A DNA stretch of 64,000 nucleotides from Candidatus Latescibacterota bacterium (GCA_963667175.2 CAXXXF010000015.1:192001-256000); one strand, 5' to 3'. Positions 1 to 11,147 are shown, numbered from the stretch's first letter. The notes: generated by a model not told the origin, from the letters alone. Numbers and translations: made by a program.

Positions 1-220
1 CCATCTGGGCGCCCATGTTCTCATAGGGATCGGGCAGCTCGATCTCTTTGGCCACCGTCACACCGTCCTTTGTAACCGTTGGCGAGCCCCATTTCTTGCC
101 GAGAACGACGTTCCGGCCGCGCGGGCCCAGCGTCGCTTTAACGGCTTTGCTCAGGATGTCCACGCCGTCGAGAACCTTTGACCGGGCGTCTATCCCGTAG
201 CTCAGTTGCTTGGCTGGCAT
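1..220 (-). CDS. groEL: Chaperonin GroEL, N-terminal part (runs off window start)
   Basis: Manual translation from ATG at 220: [73 protein letters not shown]; GGAGG RBS upstream; follows groES. Confidence 0.97.
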   Translation of the reverse strand, partial: MPAKQLSYGIDARSKVLDGVDILSKAVKATLGPRGRNVVLGKKWGSPTVTKDGVTVAKEIELPDPYENMGAQM

Positions 221-360
221 TATGACCCTCCTGTTTTCGGTTGAGTTCGAACGCGCTAACGATTCGATGCCGGGGAGGCCGCGCCACCTTGCCCATTGGA
301 CCTCCCATTCGTGCCCCGTTCGCCTCAGGACACGCAAAAACGCGGCGTTCCCGGCTCCTG

Positions 361-522
361 GTGTTCTGTCCCGGAAATAAGTTGCCTGAATTCGGCCGTC
401 GAGTCGCCCGGCTCGCAAGGCGCCAGAGCGCAGGCGACCTGGCCAGGTCGGCAAGCGTTGGCAACGCAGCGAGACGGGATGAATCGACGGAAGAATGGTG
501 AGGTATTTTTGGGACAGGACAC
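361..522. mobile_element. MITE-like element in the groES-groEL spacer
   Basis: Imperfect terminal inverted repeats GTGTTCTGTCCCGGAAATA (361-379) and revcomp of 504-522 GTGTCCTGTCCCAAAAATA; no credible ORF inside. Confidence 0.6.
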
Positions 523-525
523 TCG

Positions 526-816
526 TTATTCCAGGATTCCCAGAATATCGTCTTCGGATGCAATGACGAGTTCCTCTCCGCCCACCTCCACCTCGGTCCC
601 TGCAAATTGTCCGATCAGGACGCGGTTGCCCACGCTTACCGCAACCGGTACCGGATCGCCGGTCTTTTCGTTGACTTTGCCCGACCCCACCGCGACGACC
701 TCGGCTTCGAGTGGTTTCTCCTTGGCTGTATCGGGAATAATGATGCCGCCCTGGACCTGTTCATCGGCTTCAATCCGCCGGAGAAGTACCCGGTCGGCCA
801 GAGGCTTCACTGTCAT
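526..816 (-). CDS. groES: Co-chaperonin GroES
   Basis: KPLADRVLL...[13 protein letters not shown]...VVAVGSG motifs; upstream of groEL. Confidence 0.98.
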   Translation of the reverse strand: MTVKPLADRVLLRRIEADEQVQGGIIIPDTAKEKPLEAEVVAVGSGKVNEKTGDPVPVAVSVGNRVLIGQFAGTEVEVGGEELVIASEDDILGILE

Positions 817-882
817 CAGGCCCTCCTTTGCAAGTATGCCGTTTACGTTAACCCCTTTATTAATATATGTTTTTTCGGATTA

Positions 883-909
883 TTAGCACTCAGTACGGAA
901 GAGTGCCAA
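883..909. promoter_or_regulatory. CIRCE element (HrcA operator)
   Basis: TTAGCACTC-N9-GAGTGCCAA, one mismatch to the CIRCE consensus, upstream of groES. Confidence 0.93.
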
Positions 910-966
910 CACAACAAATATACATGCTTTGATTTTGTCACGCAAGGATAAATTCTCTGAAAGCAC

Positions 967-995
967 AAAAAAGCGCATTACGTATCGCAATGCGC
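967..995 (-). terminator. Intrinsic terminator after secA/rhodanese
   Basis: Minus strand GCGCATTGCG-ATA-CGTAATGCGC followed by T6. Confidence 0.75.
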
Positions 996-1044
996 CCGGG
1001 ACCGAATTCCTGTTGCCGCCTGGTGACCGTCCGCGGTACACCTT

Positions 1045-1521
1045 CTACTGTATCGACCGACCCAGCAGCTTTTTCTTCCGGGCAATCCGTTTCTGCAGGT
1101 GTTCAATCTCAGCTTCCAGCAGTTCAGGACGGTCCATATCGTGGGTCTCTTCCGGCGGAGGCGGCTGTTCCGACGGGAGGGATGCATCTGCCCAGTCGTC
1201 GTACCCACCCGCCATTGAAATCACCCGCTCGTAGCCCAGTTCCTTCAGAGACTCCGCGGCCAGCAGAGAACGGACACCTCCGGCGCAATACACCACCACT
1301 TCCCGAAATTTGTCGGGGATCCTGGATTCGGCCTCGGCTTCAAGGCGTCCTCTGGGAATATGGACGGCCCCGTGCAAATGTCCGGACTCCCACTCGTCAA
1401 GGGCGCGCACGTCCAGCAGGACGGGGCTTTCGCCGCTATTCAGATGATGATGCACCTCCTGAACGCTCATTTCCGGAATCTCCCTGCGGGCTTCACTCAA
1501 CAGGTCATCTCGGGACTTCAT
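1045..1521 (-). CDS. Rhodanese-domain sulfurtransferase with short C-terminal coiled coil
   Basis: LLDVR...GHLHGAVHIP...VYCAGGVRS active-site loop; start taken at MKSRDD with AGGAG RBS. Confidence 0.88.
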   Translation of the reverse strand: MKSRDDLLSEARREIPEMSVQEVHHHLNSGESPVLLDVRALDEWESGHLHGAVHIPRGRLEAEAESRIPDKFREVVVYCAGGVRSLLAAESLKELGYERVISMAGGYDDWADASLPSEQPPPPEETHDMDRPELLEAEIEHLQKRIARKKKLLGRSIQ

Positions 1522-1593
1522 TGCCTCTGAGCTCCTATTCTCGTTCGGGTGTGATTTCGTGCCGGGCTGCAACGGCGCCGCCGCCGTGGTTCC

Positions 1594-4500
1594 TCAGGCG
1601 GGTACCCGACCCGGCTGACCGTGACATTTCTTGTATTTCTTTCCGCTTCCGCACGGACATGGGCTGTTCCTGCCCACCTTCTGCACCCGTACCGGACGCT
1701 GTCTGGGCGGCCCCCCTTCCGACGCGCTGGTGGCGGTATCGGCCACCGGCGACGCCGCGACGCCAACGTCAAACCCCATGCCGGTGGCATCCCGATGCAC
1801 GAGCGAGACCTGCTGTGGCTGGCGGCTTCCGGGCCTTGTCATTTCCTCTTCGACGGGGATTCGAAACAGCGTTTTCAGTGTTTCCCGGTTGATCTCGTCC
1901 AGGAGATCGATGAACATCTGAAACCCTTCACGCTTGTATTCGATCAGCGGGTCCTTCTGACCGTATCCGCGCAGGCCGATGCCCTCCTTAAGGTCGTCCA
2001 TTTCCCTGAGGTGGTCCTTCCACTTTTCGTCGGTTACCCCCAGGTAGACCATCCGCTCGATTTCCCGCATCCTTCCAGTGCCAATCAGGCTCTCGCGTCG
2101 CCGATATGACGCCCTGATCCCATCGAACAACCTCTCCCGGAATCCGTCTTCTTTAAGCTCGGGCAACGTCTCCGGTGGCACTTCCGGGACCTGAAGGAAT
2201 ATCTGGCGCAGGTCGCGATAGAGTCCGTCAAGGTCCCAGTCATCCTGGGTGCCTTCATCCGGAAGATGGCTCCCGAAAGAGGCGTTTACCACCTCCTCCA
2301 TCTCTTCCTCGATCTGTTCGTAGATATTGTGTTGCTCCAGCGCGTGGCGCCGCCGGTCATATACGACCTCCCGCTGCTGGTTCATCACGTCGTCGTATTC
2401 GAGCAGATGTTTGCGTACCTCGAAGTTCCGCGCTTCCACGCGTTTCTGCGCCCGCTCAATGGATCGGGTGACCATCCGGTGTTCGATCACCTCGCCCTCT
2501 TCAGCTCCCAGCCGGTCCATGATCCGGGCGATCCGTTCGGATCCGAAGAGCCGCATCAGATCGTCTTCCAATGAAATGAAAAACCGGGAATTTCCGGGGT
2601 CGCCCTGTCGCCCCGCACGCCCCCTGAGCTGCCGGTCTATTCGCCGCGCCTCGTGTCGCTCGGTTCCAATGATGTGTAATCCGCAGGGCACTTCCTCCCG
2701 GCAACGATATTCCTCCAGGTGCGGGCACAGCGTGCCGTCGCCATCGGCGCCCGGTATCAGCGCGCATTGATGGTCTTCCGGCGCCTTGACGACGCCGTCA
2801 CCCAGCTTGATGTCCGTCCCACGACCCGCCATATTGGTCGCAATGGTCACCGCTCCCGGCTGTCCGGCCCTTGCGACGATCTGGGCCTCCTGCTGGTTGT
2901 GGCGGGCGTTGAGCACCGAATGTCTGATGCCCTTGCGTTTCAACATGCGCGACAACAGTTCAGACACTTCGACGCTGATCGTGCCGACCAAAACGGGCAG
3001 GTTCTTGTGATTCAACCGCTCGATCTCATCCACGATGGCGTTGTATTTCTCCCGTTTGGTCCTGAAGATCAAGTCCTCCGAGTCGATCCGCCGCACGGGT
3101 TCGTTCGTGGGCATCACCACAACGTCGAGCTTGTAGATCTGGAACAGTTCCGCCGCCTCGGTCTCGGCGGTTCCGGTCATCCCCGCCAGCTTGTAGTACA
3201 GGCGGAAGTAGTTCTGCAAGGTGATCGTGGCAATCGTCTGGGTGTCCCGTTCCACCTTGACCCGCTCTTTCGCCTCCAGAGCCTGGTGCAGCCCGTCCGC
3301 GAACCGTCGACCCGGCTGGGGGCGTCCGGTGAATTCGTCCACAATAATCACCTGGCCGCCGTCCACGATATACCTTACATCCTTTTCGTATAGCGAATAG
3401 GCGACCAGTAGCTGCTGCACACTGTGAATCGCTTCGCTCTTGCGGGCGTAGTCCTGGTACGCGTCGTCCTGGGCTCTGGCCTTTTCGTCCGGCGGCTTCG
3501 AGTCGTCGGCTTCGATTTCGTGAAGGACTTCATCCAGATCGGGCAGAACAAAGTCGTCCGGCTTTCTGCTGATCTCAACGCGCCCCTTATCGGTCAGATC
3601 GATCACATGGCTCTTCTCGTCCACGCTGAAGTAGAGGTCCTCGTCAATCTCGCCCATTCGCTTGTCTCGAAGATAGTCCGCCTCAACCCGGCCGATGAGG
3701 CGTTTGATTCCCTCTTCCTGTAACAGCTTCATGAACCGGCGGTTCTTAGGCATGCCCCGCTGGACCTGAAGCAGCCGGATGCCGGCCTCGTATTCCTCCT
3801 CTTCGAGACGTTCCTCCGCTTCGTTCAACGTCCCTGTCACCACCCGCGTCTGCGCCCTGACCAGCCGCTCCACCAGCGGCCGCATCTCGTCGAACCGCTG
3901 GTTGTCGGCCTCCGCCACCGCGCCGGAGATGATCAGCGGCGTCCTCGCTTCGTCGATCAGGATGCTGTCGGCCTCGTCGATGATCGCGAAATAGTGTTCG
4001 CGCTGCATCAGATCTTCCGGGCGAACCGACATATTGTCATAGAGGTAGTCGAACCCGAACTGGTCCTTCGTGCCATAGATGATATCGGCCCGATAGGCTT
4101 CCTGGTGATCGCATTCCCGCAACCGGTACCCGCTCTGTCCATCCTCCTCCAGGCGATACGCCTCCGCCTCCATGGAGCGGTCCTGAATGATGCCCACGCT
4201 CATCCCGAGAAAGAGATACACGGGGCCAAGCCACATGGCGTCTCTCTTTGCCAGATAGGAGTTCACCGTTACGAGATGCGCGCCCCGTCCCGTCAATCCG
4301 TTCAGATAAAGCGGCAAACCCGCCACCAGCGTCTTGCCCTCGCCAGTGGCCATTTCTGCGATCTTTCCCTGGTGCAGCACGATGCCGCCGAGCAACTGCA
4401 CGTCGTAAGGCGCCATATCCCAGACGATGGTTTCCCCGGCCCGCTCCCACTGCTTTCCCTCCGCCTTGAAACGGCGGCACGTCTCTTTATAGACCGCATA

Positions 4501-4824
4501 TGCTTCAGGCAGTACTTCCTCCAGAGCCTCCGCCTCGACTTCCCTGGCTTCCTCCTCCAGTTCCGAGACTTCGTCCAGCAGCGAGGAACGATCCACTTCG
4601 TCCTCGCTCTTCAACTCCTCGCGCAGCCGATTCAGCCGTTCCGTATATTCGGCTGTCTCCTCGGTCAACCATTGTTTGAACTCAGCCGTCTTTTCGCGGA
4701 GATCCGCATCCGAAAGCGCGGCCAGAGACTCGCAATGCCCGTTTATCACTTCGACCGTCGGCCAGAGCTTCTTCAGGTCTCGATCGTACTTGGTCCCGAA
4801 AACTTTTTTGATCACACCCATCAT
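1594..4824 (-). CDS. secA: Preprotein translocase ATPase SecA
   Basis: MATGEGKT Walker A, DEADSILIDEARTPLIIS, QLRGRAGRQGDPG, C-terminal SEC-C CPCGSGKKYKKCHG. Confidence 0.99.
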   Translation of the reverse strand: MMGVIKKVFGTKYDRDLKKLWPTVEVINGHCESLAALSDADLREKTAEFKQWLTEETAEYTERLNRLREELKSEDEVDRSSLLDEVSELEEEAREVEAEALEEVLPEAYAVYKETCRRFKAEGKQWERAGETIVWDMAPYDVQLLGGIVLHQGKIAEMATGEGKTLVAGLPLYLNGLTGRGAHLVTVNSYLAKRDAMWLGPVYLFLGMSVGIIQDRSMEAEAYRLEEDGQSGYRLRECDHQEAYRADIIYGTKDQFGFDYLYDNMSVRPEDLMQREHYFAIIDEADSILIDEARTPLIISGAVAEADNQRFDEMRPLVERLVRAQTRVVTGTLNEAEERLEEEEYEAGIRLLQVQRGMPKNRRFMKLLQEEGIKRLIGRVEADYLRDKRMGEIDEDLYFSVDEKSHVIDLTDKGRVEISRKPDDFVLPDLDEVLHEIEADDSKPPDEKARAQDDAYQDYARKSEAIHSVQQLLVAYSLYEKDVRYIVDGGQVIIVDEFTGRPQPGRRFADGLHQALEAKERVKVERDTQTIATITLQNYFRLYYKLAGMTGTAETEAAELFQIYKLDVVVMPTNEPVRRIDSEDLIFRTKREKYNAIVDEIERLNHKNLPVLVGTISVEVSELLSRMLKRKGIRHSVLNARHNQQEAQIVARAGQPGAVTIATNMAGRGTDIKLGDGVVKAPEDHQCALIPGADGDGTLCPHLEEYRCREEVPCGLHIIGTERHEARRIDRQLRGRAGRQGDPGNSRFFISLEDDLMRLFGSERIARIMDRLGAEEGEVIEHRMVTRSIERAQKRVEARNFEVRKHLLEYDDVMNQQREVVYDRRRHALEQHNIYEQIEEEMEEVVNASFGSHLPDEGTQDDWDLDGLYRDLRQIFLQVPEVPPETLPELKEDGFRERLFDGIRASYRRRESLIGTGRMREIERMVYLGVTDEKWKDHLREMDDLKEGIGLRGYGQKDPLIEYKREGFQMFIDLLDEINRETLKTLFRIPVEEEMTRPGSRQPQQVSLVHRDATGMGFDVGVAASPVADTATSASEGGPPRQRPVRVQKVGRNSPCPCGSGKKYKKCHGQPGRVPA

Positions 4825-4842
4825 AGCCGGTTATCCACCGTT

Positions 4843-5002
4843 TAGCAGCCCGTTGAAAAACTCCATCCGGTTTGCGTCCGGCCCCTGTGACCGAAAAACG
4901 GCGTTGCCTGCCTGTGCGTGTCCGCACGCAGACAGGCGCGCCTTGTCTTCGGCCACAATGGCTCGGCCTCGCCTGCAGAGCGACTTCCTCAACGGACTGT
5001 TA
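4843..5002. mobile_element. 160-bp MITE-like element between nusB and secA
   Basis: Ends TAGCAGCCCGTTGAAAAA and (revcomp) TAACAGTCCGTTGAGGAA; related copies at 31696-31758, 57783-57799 and 16945-16972. Confidence 0.75.
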
Positions 5003-5434
5003 GCGACAATCCGCGTTCTCTGCCGTAATTCCCTGTTGCCTGACCAGCGCATCGAGAATGCCGTTGATAAACGTCGGCGCCTTCTCGACACTGTACCGCT
5101 TCGCGAGTTCAATGGCTTCGTTTATCGAGACCCTGAAGGGGATATTGTCGAATGCCAGCATTTCCGTAAGCGCCATCCACAACAGGATCCGATCGATTCT
5201 CGAGATGCGTTCCAACGCCCAGTTTCTGGATATCCCCTCGACCATCCGGTTCAGTTCTTCTTTTCTCGCCCAGGCCTCCCGGCCCAGCGCCCGCGCGAAT
5301 TCTGCCGCGTCGTCCGACAGTTCCGCGCGAAGCGCCATGGTATGAAGCGTCCGGTGCACGGGGTCCCCGGAACTCTCGCTCCAATATAGCGCCTGCAGCG
5401 CAACTTCACGGGCCTTTCGGCGCGAACCCGTCAT
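5000..5434 (-). CDS. nusB: Transcription antitermination factor NusB
   Basis: [13 protein letters not shown]...[12 protein letters not shown]...[12 protein letters not shown]...FINGILD; canonical ribH-nusB order. Confidence 0.96.
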   Translation of the reverse strand: MTGSRRKAREVALQALYWSESSGDPVHRTLHTMALRAELSDDAAEFARALGREAWARKEELNRMVEGISRNWALERISRIDRILLWMALTEMLAFDNIPFRVSINEAIELAKRYSVEKAPTFINGILDALVRQQGITAENADCR

Positions 5435-5910
5435 TCCTGGTCGTCGTCCCAGGACGCCAGCAGATTCGCCATCTCCAAGGCGCCCATGGCGGCCTCCCAC
5501 CCCTTGTTACCGGCCTTGTTTCCCGCCCTTTCGATTGCCTGTTCGACAGTGTCGGTGGTCAACACGCCGAAAAGACACGGCACGCCGGATTCCAGCCCTA
5601 CCGACGCGATCCCCCTCGAGACCCCGTTGGCCACGTAATCGAAATGGGGCGTACTCCCGCGAATCACGGCGCCCAGACAGATCACCGCGTCGTAACGTCC
5701 GCTGAGCGCCATTTTCTTTGCGATCAGCGGAATCTCGAAGGCGCCCGGAACCCAGGCCACGTCCACGTTTTCCGGATCGCCCCCGTGACGCGCCAGACAA
5801 TCCCTTGCGCCTTCCAGCAACTGCTTGCTGATCAGCGCATTAAAGCGACTCACCACAATACCGATGCGTTTGCCGCCCGCATGCAATCCACCATCAAGCA
5901 CTCTCGCCAT
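5431..5910 (-). CDS. ribH: 6,7-dimethyl-8-ribityllumazine synthase
   Basis: [36 protein letters not shown]. Confidence 0.98.
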   Translation of the reverse strand: MARVLDGGLHAGGKRIGIVVSRFNALISKQLLEGARDCLARHGGDPENVDVAWVPGAFEIPLIAKKMALSGRYDAVICLGAVIRGSTPHFDYVANGVSRGIASVGLESGVPCLFGVLTTDTVEQAIERAGNKAGNKGWEAAMGALEMANLLASWDDDQE

Positions 5911-7168
5911 ACGTTTCCTCCGGGCCGCCGTCGACCAACTTCAGATCTTCTTCACTGAACATGTGTCCCATTTTCTTCTTCTTGGTGCGCAAATACCGAA
6001 TGTTCCACGGCGTTGGATCGATTCTCACCGGTACCCGTTCCACAATCTCGATTCCATACGCCTCCAGTCCCACCCGCTTGGCCGGGTTGTTGGTGATCAA
6101 CCGCGCCTTCCTGATGCCCAGATCCAGCAGGATCTGGGCGCCGATGCCGTAATCGCGCTCGTCCATCTTGAATCCCAATTTCAGATTCGCCTCCACGGTA
6201 TCGTAGCCCTCTTCCTGCAGCTGGTACGCGTTGATCTTTTCGCGCAGGCCGATACCCCGGCCCTCCTGCCGCATGTAGACAACGGCGCCGCGACCCTCCC
6301 GCTCAATCAACTCGATCGCCGAGTGGAGGTTTGTGTTGCAGTCGCACCTGAGGGATCCGAAGGTGTCTCCCGTAAGGCACTCGGAGTGCATCCGCACCAG
6401 CACGGGATCGGCTGCCAAGAGGTCTCCCTTGGTCAGAGCCACGTGTTCACGCTGGTCGACTTCACTATCGTAGAGGCAAAGGTTGAAATCACCGAACTGC
6501 GTGGGGAGGCGCACGGTCCCCAGGCGTTCGACCAGTTTTTCCGATCGGCGGCGATACGCGATCAGATCGCGAATGGTAATAATCTTGAGGTCGAACTGCC
6601 GGGCCATTTCCGTCAGTTGCGGCAGCCGGGCCATCGTCCCGTCCGGATTCAATATTTCGCACAGTACGCCCGCGGGATAGAGGCCGGCCAACCTTGCCAG
6701 ATCCACGGTTGCCTCCGTGTGGCCCGCCCGGCGCAACACACCTCCGGGACGTGCAGACAGTGGGAAGACGTGTCCGGGTCTGGCGAAATCGGGCGCCCGG
6801 GCGTCCGCGTCGACAAACCGCCGTATGGTGACGGCTCGATCCTGCGCCGAAATCCCGGTGGTGGTGCCCTCGACCGCGTCGATACTCACCGTGAACGGCG
6901 TACCGTGCAACGCGGTGTTCCTGCCCACCATCATATCCAGTTCCAACTCCCGCAAACGCTCGGGCGTTGCCGGCAGGCAGACCAGACCACGCCCGTGAAG
7001 GGCCATGAAATTGATAATCTCGGGCGTGACCTTTTCCGCCGCGGCGATCAGGTCCCCTTCGTTTTCCCGGTCCTCATCGTCCACGACGATCACCAGTCTA
7101 CCCGCCCGAATATCGTCCAGCGCCTCTTCGATGGACGCAATTTGGAACCCGTTGTCGGTTTCAGACAT
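5894..7168 (-). CDS. ribBA: Bifunctional DHBP synthase / GTP cyclohydrolase II
   Basis: [47 protein letters not shown]; start at MSETDN is inferred. Confidence 0.97.
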   Translation of the reverse strand: MSETDNGFQIASIEEALDDIRAGRLVIVVDDEDRENEGDLIAAAEKVTPEIINFMALHGRGLVCLPATPERLRELELDMMVGRNTALHGTPFTVSIDAVEGTTTGISAQDRAVTIRRFVDADARAPDFARPGHVFPLSARPGGVLRRAGHTEATVDLARLAGLYPAGVLCEILNPDGTMARLPQLTEMARQFDLKIITIRDLIAYRRRSEKLVERLGTVRLPTQFGDFNLCLYDSEVDQREHVALTKGDLLAADPVLVRMHSECLTGDTFGSLRCDCNTNLHSAIELIEREGRGAVVYMRQEGRGIGLREKINAYQLQEEGYDTVEANLKLGFKMDERDYGIGAQILLDLGIRKARLITNNPAKRVGLEAYGIEIVERVPVRIDPTPWNIRYLRTKKKKMGHMFSEEDLKLVDGGPEETYGESA

Positions 7169-7202
7169 TGAATGCTGCTCCGGGAAAAAAGACGTTGAGA
7201 TA

Positions 7203-7874
7203 TCAAGTTCTGGGATTGTCGTCAAACCCTTCTCTTTCAGCAACGTATCCAATGGCCGGTACCGCGGGCAATTCGCCGTTATCCACGTGAGTTCCTGTTA
7301 GCCTCTCCAGGTACCGCGCAACCATGTCGACCTCCAGATTCACCGCGTCGCCGACCCGGCGTTCGCCGATCGTCGTCGCTTCCATCGTGTGCGGAATCAC
7401 CGCTACCGTGAAGTCACGCGCGCCCGCGGACACAACCGTCAGGCTGATTCCGTCCACGGCTATCGAACCTTTTCCGGCCACGAACCGGGCGAGTTCCGCC
7501 GGCATCCCGATCCGGAACGTGACGTTGTCCGCCCATCGCCGCCGCTCCTGCACCCGGCCCACGCCATCCACGTGTCCGGCCACCAGATGCCCGCCAAGCC
7601 GATCCGACAGCTTCAGCGACCGTTCCAGATTCACCCTGTCACCCGCTCTCAACCTCCCCAGGGTCGTTCGCTCCAGGGTCTCCTGGACGGACTCGAACGA
7701 GAACCCCCGCCGCCCCAGGTCGACAACCGTGTGGCAGGCGCCGTCGATCGAAATGCTATCGCCGATGGCGACGTCCGCCGGAACGCGGCTCGCTTCCAGC
7801 GCCGTGAGCTGATACCCCGCCCGTCTTCGAACGTCGCAAACCAGCCCCACTTCCTCGACGATCCCCGTAAACAT
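7203..7874 (-). CDS. ribE: Riboflavin synthase (alpha type)
   Basis: N-terminal [24 protein letters not shown]. Confidence 0.97.
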   Translation of the reverse strand: MFTGIVEEVGLVCDVRRRAGYQLTALEASRVPADVAIGDSISIDGACHTVVDLGRRGFSFESVQETLERTTLGRLRAGDRVNLERSLKLSDRLGGHLVAGHVDGVGRVQERRRWADNVTFRIGMPAELARFVAGKGSIAVDGISLTVVSAGARDFTVAVIPHTMEATTIGERRVGDAVNLEVDMVARYLERLTGTHVDNGELPAVPAIGYVAEREGFDDNPRT

Positions 7875-7887
7875 CGACCCCTTCCTT

Positions 7888-8997
7888 TCACGGGCCTCGG
7901 GTTCCCGGTACCACGGCATCCTTCACCCGTGCCGTGTAGAACAGATCCGGTCCGCACCAATCCACGTCCACGTCATGCAGAAGAATCGCATCGGCCATTC
8001 TTGTTATCCCCAGATCGCCAACCGAATCAATCCCTCTACCGAGAATCGCGGGGGCGATAAACACGGCCAGCCGGTCGATCAACCGGTCCCGCATCGCGGA
8101 CGCCGCCACGGAACCGCCGCCTTCGATCAACACGTGCGTGATTCCTTCGCCGCCCGCGCGGGAAAGCACTTCTCGCAGCCGGGGCCTGCCATCCAGGTGC
8201 GAACAGACCCAGACGCGAGCGCCGCGTTCCTTCATCGCTTCGACTCTTTTTTTTGAAACCCCTTGCGCCGCGGCAAGAATCAGCGGCGCCCCTTCGAATA
8301 CCCTTGCGTCCCGTGACGTCTCGAGGCGGCCGTCCAGCACGATTTTCATCGGATCGGGGCCGTCCAGGTGACGAACCGACAGCAGCGGATCGTCCGCGTC
8401 GACCGTTCGCCGCCCTACGATCACCGCCGTTGCCTCAGCACGCAACCCGTGAGCGCGGATTCGGGACACGTCGGAGGAAATCCATCTTGATTCGCGCGTA
8501 GCGGTCGCGATCCGGCCATCGAGGGTCTGCGCCAGCTTCAGGGTAACGAAAGGCAACCCCGTCGTCCGGTGTTTGACGAAAGCCTCGTTCAGTCGCCGCG
8601 CCTCGTCCTCGAGCACGCCGACTTCCACCCGTATGCCCGCCTCGCGCAAGCGGCGGATTCCTCTGCCCGACGTCCGTTTATCCGGATCCACCATCCCACA
8701 CACGACCCGCGCCACTCCCTTTCGGATCAACAGATCGACGCACGGCGGCGTTCGGCCTGTATGAGCGCACGGCTCAAGCGTCACGTAGAGCGTGACGTCC
8801 GGCGTTCCGGCGGCGACGTCTTCGAGCGCATACACCTCCGCGTGCGGTTTCCCGGACTCCGGATAGTGCCCCTTTCCGACAACCTGCCCGTTCCTGACGG
8901 CCACCGCGCCCACCAGGGCGCCGTCCCGAACCCGACCGCGTCCTTTCTCGGCCAGCGACAATGCCAGCCGCATATAATCCGCATCCGTCATCACCAT
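7888..8997 (-). CDS. ribD: Riboflavin deaminase/reductase RibD
   Basis: HAE and LEPCAHTGRTPPC zinc motifs, KLAQTLDGRIA, LIEGG. Confidence 0.97.
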   Translation of the reverse strand: MVMTDADYMRLALSLAEKGRGRVRDGALVGAVAVRNGQVVGKGHYPESGKPHAEVYALEDVAAGTPDVTLYVTLEPCAHTGRTPPCVDLLIRKGVARVVCGMVDPDKRTSGRGIRRLREAGIRVEVGVLEDEARRLNEAFVKHRTTGLPFVTLKLAQTLDGRIATATRESRWISSDVSRIRAHGLRAEATAVIVGRRTVDADDPLLSVRHLDGPDPMKIVLDGRLETSRDARVFEGAPLILAAAQGVSKKRVEAMKERGARVWVCSHLDGRPRLREVLSRAGGEGITHVLIEGGGSVAASAMRDRLIDRLAVFIAPAILGRGIDSVGDLGITRMADAILLHDVDVDWCGPDLFYTARVKDAVVPGTRGP

Positions 8998-9003
8998 CCC
9001 GTG

Positions 9004-11076
9004 TTACTTCACGTCCACCATCGCCTTGCCGACCCCCACGTTGCCAAGCGCATCGGTCGCGCGGACCACCACCGTATGTTCTCCCGAGGTTAGCTCCCGA
9101 AGTTCGAAACGCAGGGTTTCCGTCCTGGAATCGAAGATCCGATCAACCGGAAAAACCACCTTCCAGTCACCCGAATTCACCGCGTAGTCCGCCTTCCACA
9201 GCGGGCTCGCATCGTCATTCAGCGTTCCCTCGACGAGTACGGTCCCCCCCGCAACGGCCTGTATCTGAAGCCGGACCGTGGGCGGGGTGTGGTCAAGATC
9301 GAACGGCTCACTGATCTTCTCACCCGCCATTGCCAGTTCTTCCGGGTTCGCCAGCCGGTCCGACGCCACCACCCGGACCAGCATCGTACCCTCGGGGGCA
9401 GACTCGGTATGCCAGTCGTAGGCATTTGCAAGCAGGTCTTCCTCCAGGAGTTTCCAGGTTTTCTCGGAGCGACCCCTGTAATATAACGCGTACACCAGCC
9501 GGTCGTCATTTGCGTCTTCGGCCTTCCAGGAGATTCGCCAGACGCCTCTGGCGTACCCCTGCGCCTGCCTGCCGTTCCCGGCGTCATTCGGCGCGGCGCC
9601 GTTACCCTGGGCGTCAAGGGGTGAAACGGCGAGCGCAGTCACCCGCGGGCCCATGTTTTCCTGGAGGCCCACCAGACTCACCTCTCGAATCATCGGCGTC
9701 GCCGCGCCCGCCGCCGAACTCAACTCGGCACGATACTGCAGGAATCGGGCGGGCGGGCTGGATATCTGACCGCCCTGGTCGACTGTAGACCACCCACTCC
9801 ATGTATCGTCCGGTTTCTTGCTGTTTCCCGAACGGGTCCGGAATTGAATCGACGCGCCCCTGGCGGTCTCAGAATTCCACCTCATCCTGCCCCATTTCGA
9901 AACCAGATAGAAATCTCTCGCCCGGGATTCCAGGCTGCCTTCGCGCGCGTATGACGTACCCAACCGGTACACTCTCCCGGCGCCCGCGGTTCCCACCCAA
10001 ACCTCGCCGGTCGCGGACCTGCAGAATGCCCATGGTTGTACGTCTTTAAGTCGGGTCAACAGCGTGGCACGACCGCTAAGGTCCACGCGATAAATGCTCC
10101 CGCTGTCACCCGTGAGCGCGGTAATCTCTGCATCGTCTGCATGTAACGCCAGGAGCATCGGCTCTTCCACGTCCCAGAGACGAACCGTCGCGCCCGATGG
10201 CCGTATGGCGTACAACACGGAACCCTGTTGCGAGGCAGACGATCCCTGACCCTTGGCGGCCTGCTGCGACCCAGCCTTTCCGCCCCCCTTGGAACGCCTG
10301 GACATCGCGCCCGCAAACAGGATCCCGTCCGGTCCCATCGCCAGCGCATGGATCTCATCTTCCTCCGCGTCGTACAACACTTCCACTCGTCCCTGCGCGT
10401 TGACCCGGTAGACCAGCCCGCTCTGATCCGTACCCGCGTACACCCGGCCGTCGGCGTCCCGAATCAGCGAAACCACGTTGTGGTCTTCGCTCTGATAGAT
10501 CTCGTCGACCTTTCCGGCCGAAGAGATTCGCAGGATGCGTCCGTGTCGCCCGCCGGTGGCCGCGTACAGGCCTCCCCGTCCATCCGGCGCCAGCGCCCAG
10601 ACGTGCTCATTTCCCGTCCGACAGAACAGTTCCGGCTCTTTGCCCGGAACAACCCTGTACACAATACCGTCCGGGGAGGAGCCGGCATAGAGCGTCCCGT
10701 CCGTTCCTACGGCGAGACTGAAAATGGCCACTTCGGGAGAGTCGAACAGGAGCGTCGGCGCCTCCGAGCCGTTGGACGCAAAGATCCTTCCGCGATTGCC
10801 CGTGGCGATATACAACCGACCGTCTCTCGCTTCGGCGAGCGCCCAGACGAAATCTTCGCCCGTATCCGCTACGACCTCCACCTCGGGAGCCAGTAACACC
10901 GTGCCGTCTCTGGTTATTGAGACGCCGTCGGCTTCGCCACTGTAAAAGGCTTTATGCGACTGGTCGCGCCAGACAATCGGTTCAACGCCGTCTGCTGAGC
11001 CCGGCGGGAAGTTCAGCACGAACCAGAGGCACGCCAACAATACACGAACCTTCGGACGTCCGTTTCCCCTTTCCAA
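9004..11076 (-). CDS. Secreted beta-propeller repeat protein with C-terminal Ig/FN3-like domains
   Basis: Signal peptide; repeated VWALA..DG.LYAGT..G.VYRV blades; RFLQYRAEL; C-terminal beta-sandwich pattern. Confidence 0.8.
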   Translation of the reverse strand: MERGNGRPKVRVLLACLWFVLNFPPGSADGVEPIVWRDQSHKAFYSGEADGVSITRDGTVLLAPEVEVVADTGEDFVWALAEARDGRLYIATGNRGRIFASNGSEAPTLLFDSPEVAIFSLAVGTDGTLYAGSSPDGIVYRVVPGKEPELFCRTGNEHVWALAPDGRGGLYAATGGRHGRILRISSAGKVDEIYQSEDHNVVSLIRDADGRVYAGTDQSGLVYRVNAQGRVEVLYDAEEDEIHALAMGPDGILFAGAMSRRSKGGGKAGSQQAAKGQGSSASQQGSVLYAIRPSGATVRLWDVEEPMLLALHADDAEITALTGDSGSIYRVDLSGRATLLTRLKDVQPWAFCRSATGEVWVGTAGAGRVYRLGTSYAREGSLESRARDFYLVSKWGRMRWNSETARGASIQFRTRSGNSKKPDDTWSGWSTVDQGGQISSPPARFLQYRAELSSAAGAATPMIREVSLVGLQENMGPRVTALAVSPLDAQGNGAAPNDAGNGRQAQGYARGVWRISWKAEDANDDRLVYALYYRGRSEKTWKLLEEDLLANAYDWHTESAPEGTMLVRVVASDRLANPEELAMAGEKISEPFDLDHTPPTVRLQIQAVAGGTVLVEGTLNDDASPLWKADYAVNSGDWKVVFPVDRIFDSRTETLRFELRELTSGEHTVVVRATDALGNVGVGKAMVDVK

Positions 11077-11147
11077 CGACCTCTCCTCCTGCTATTTGCA
11101 GTCTCTCTCCGCTGCCTGTCGCCCGCAACGGGCGCGACTGTGCCGGA

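Noticed and set aside
8998-9003. FMN riboswitch for the rib genes
   Set aside because: Only 6 nt separate ribD from the upstream gene, and no RFN consensus was seen upstream of the S55 gene.
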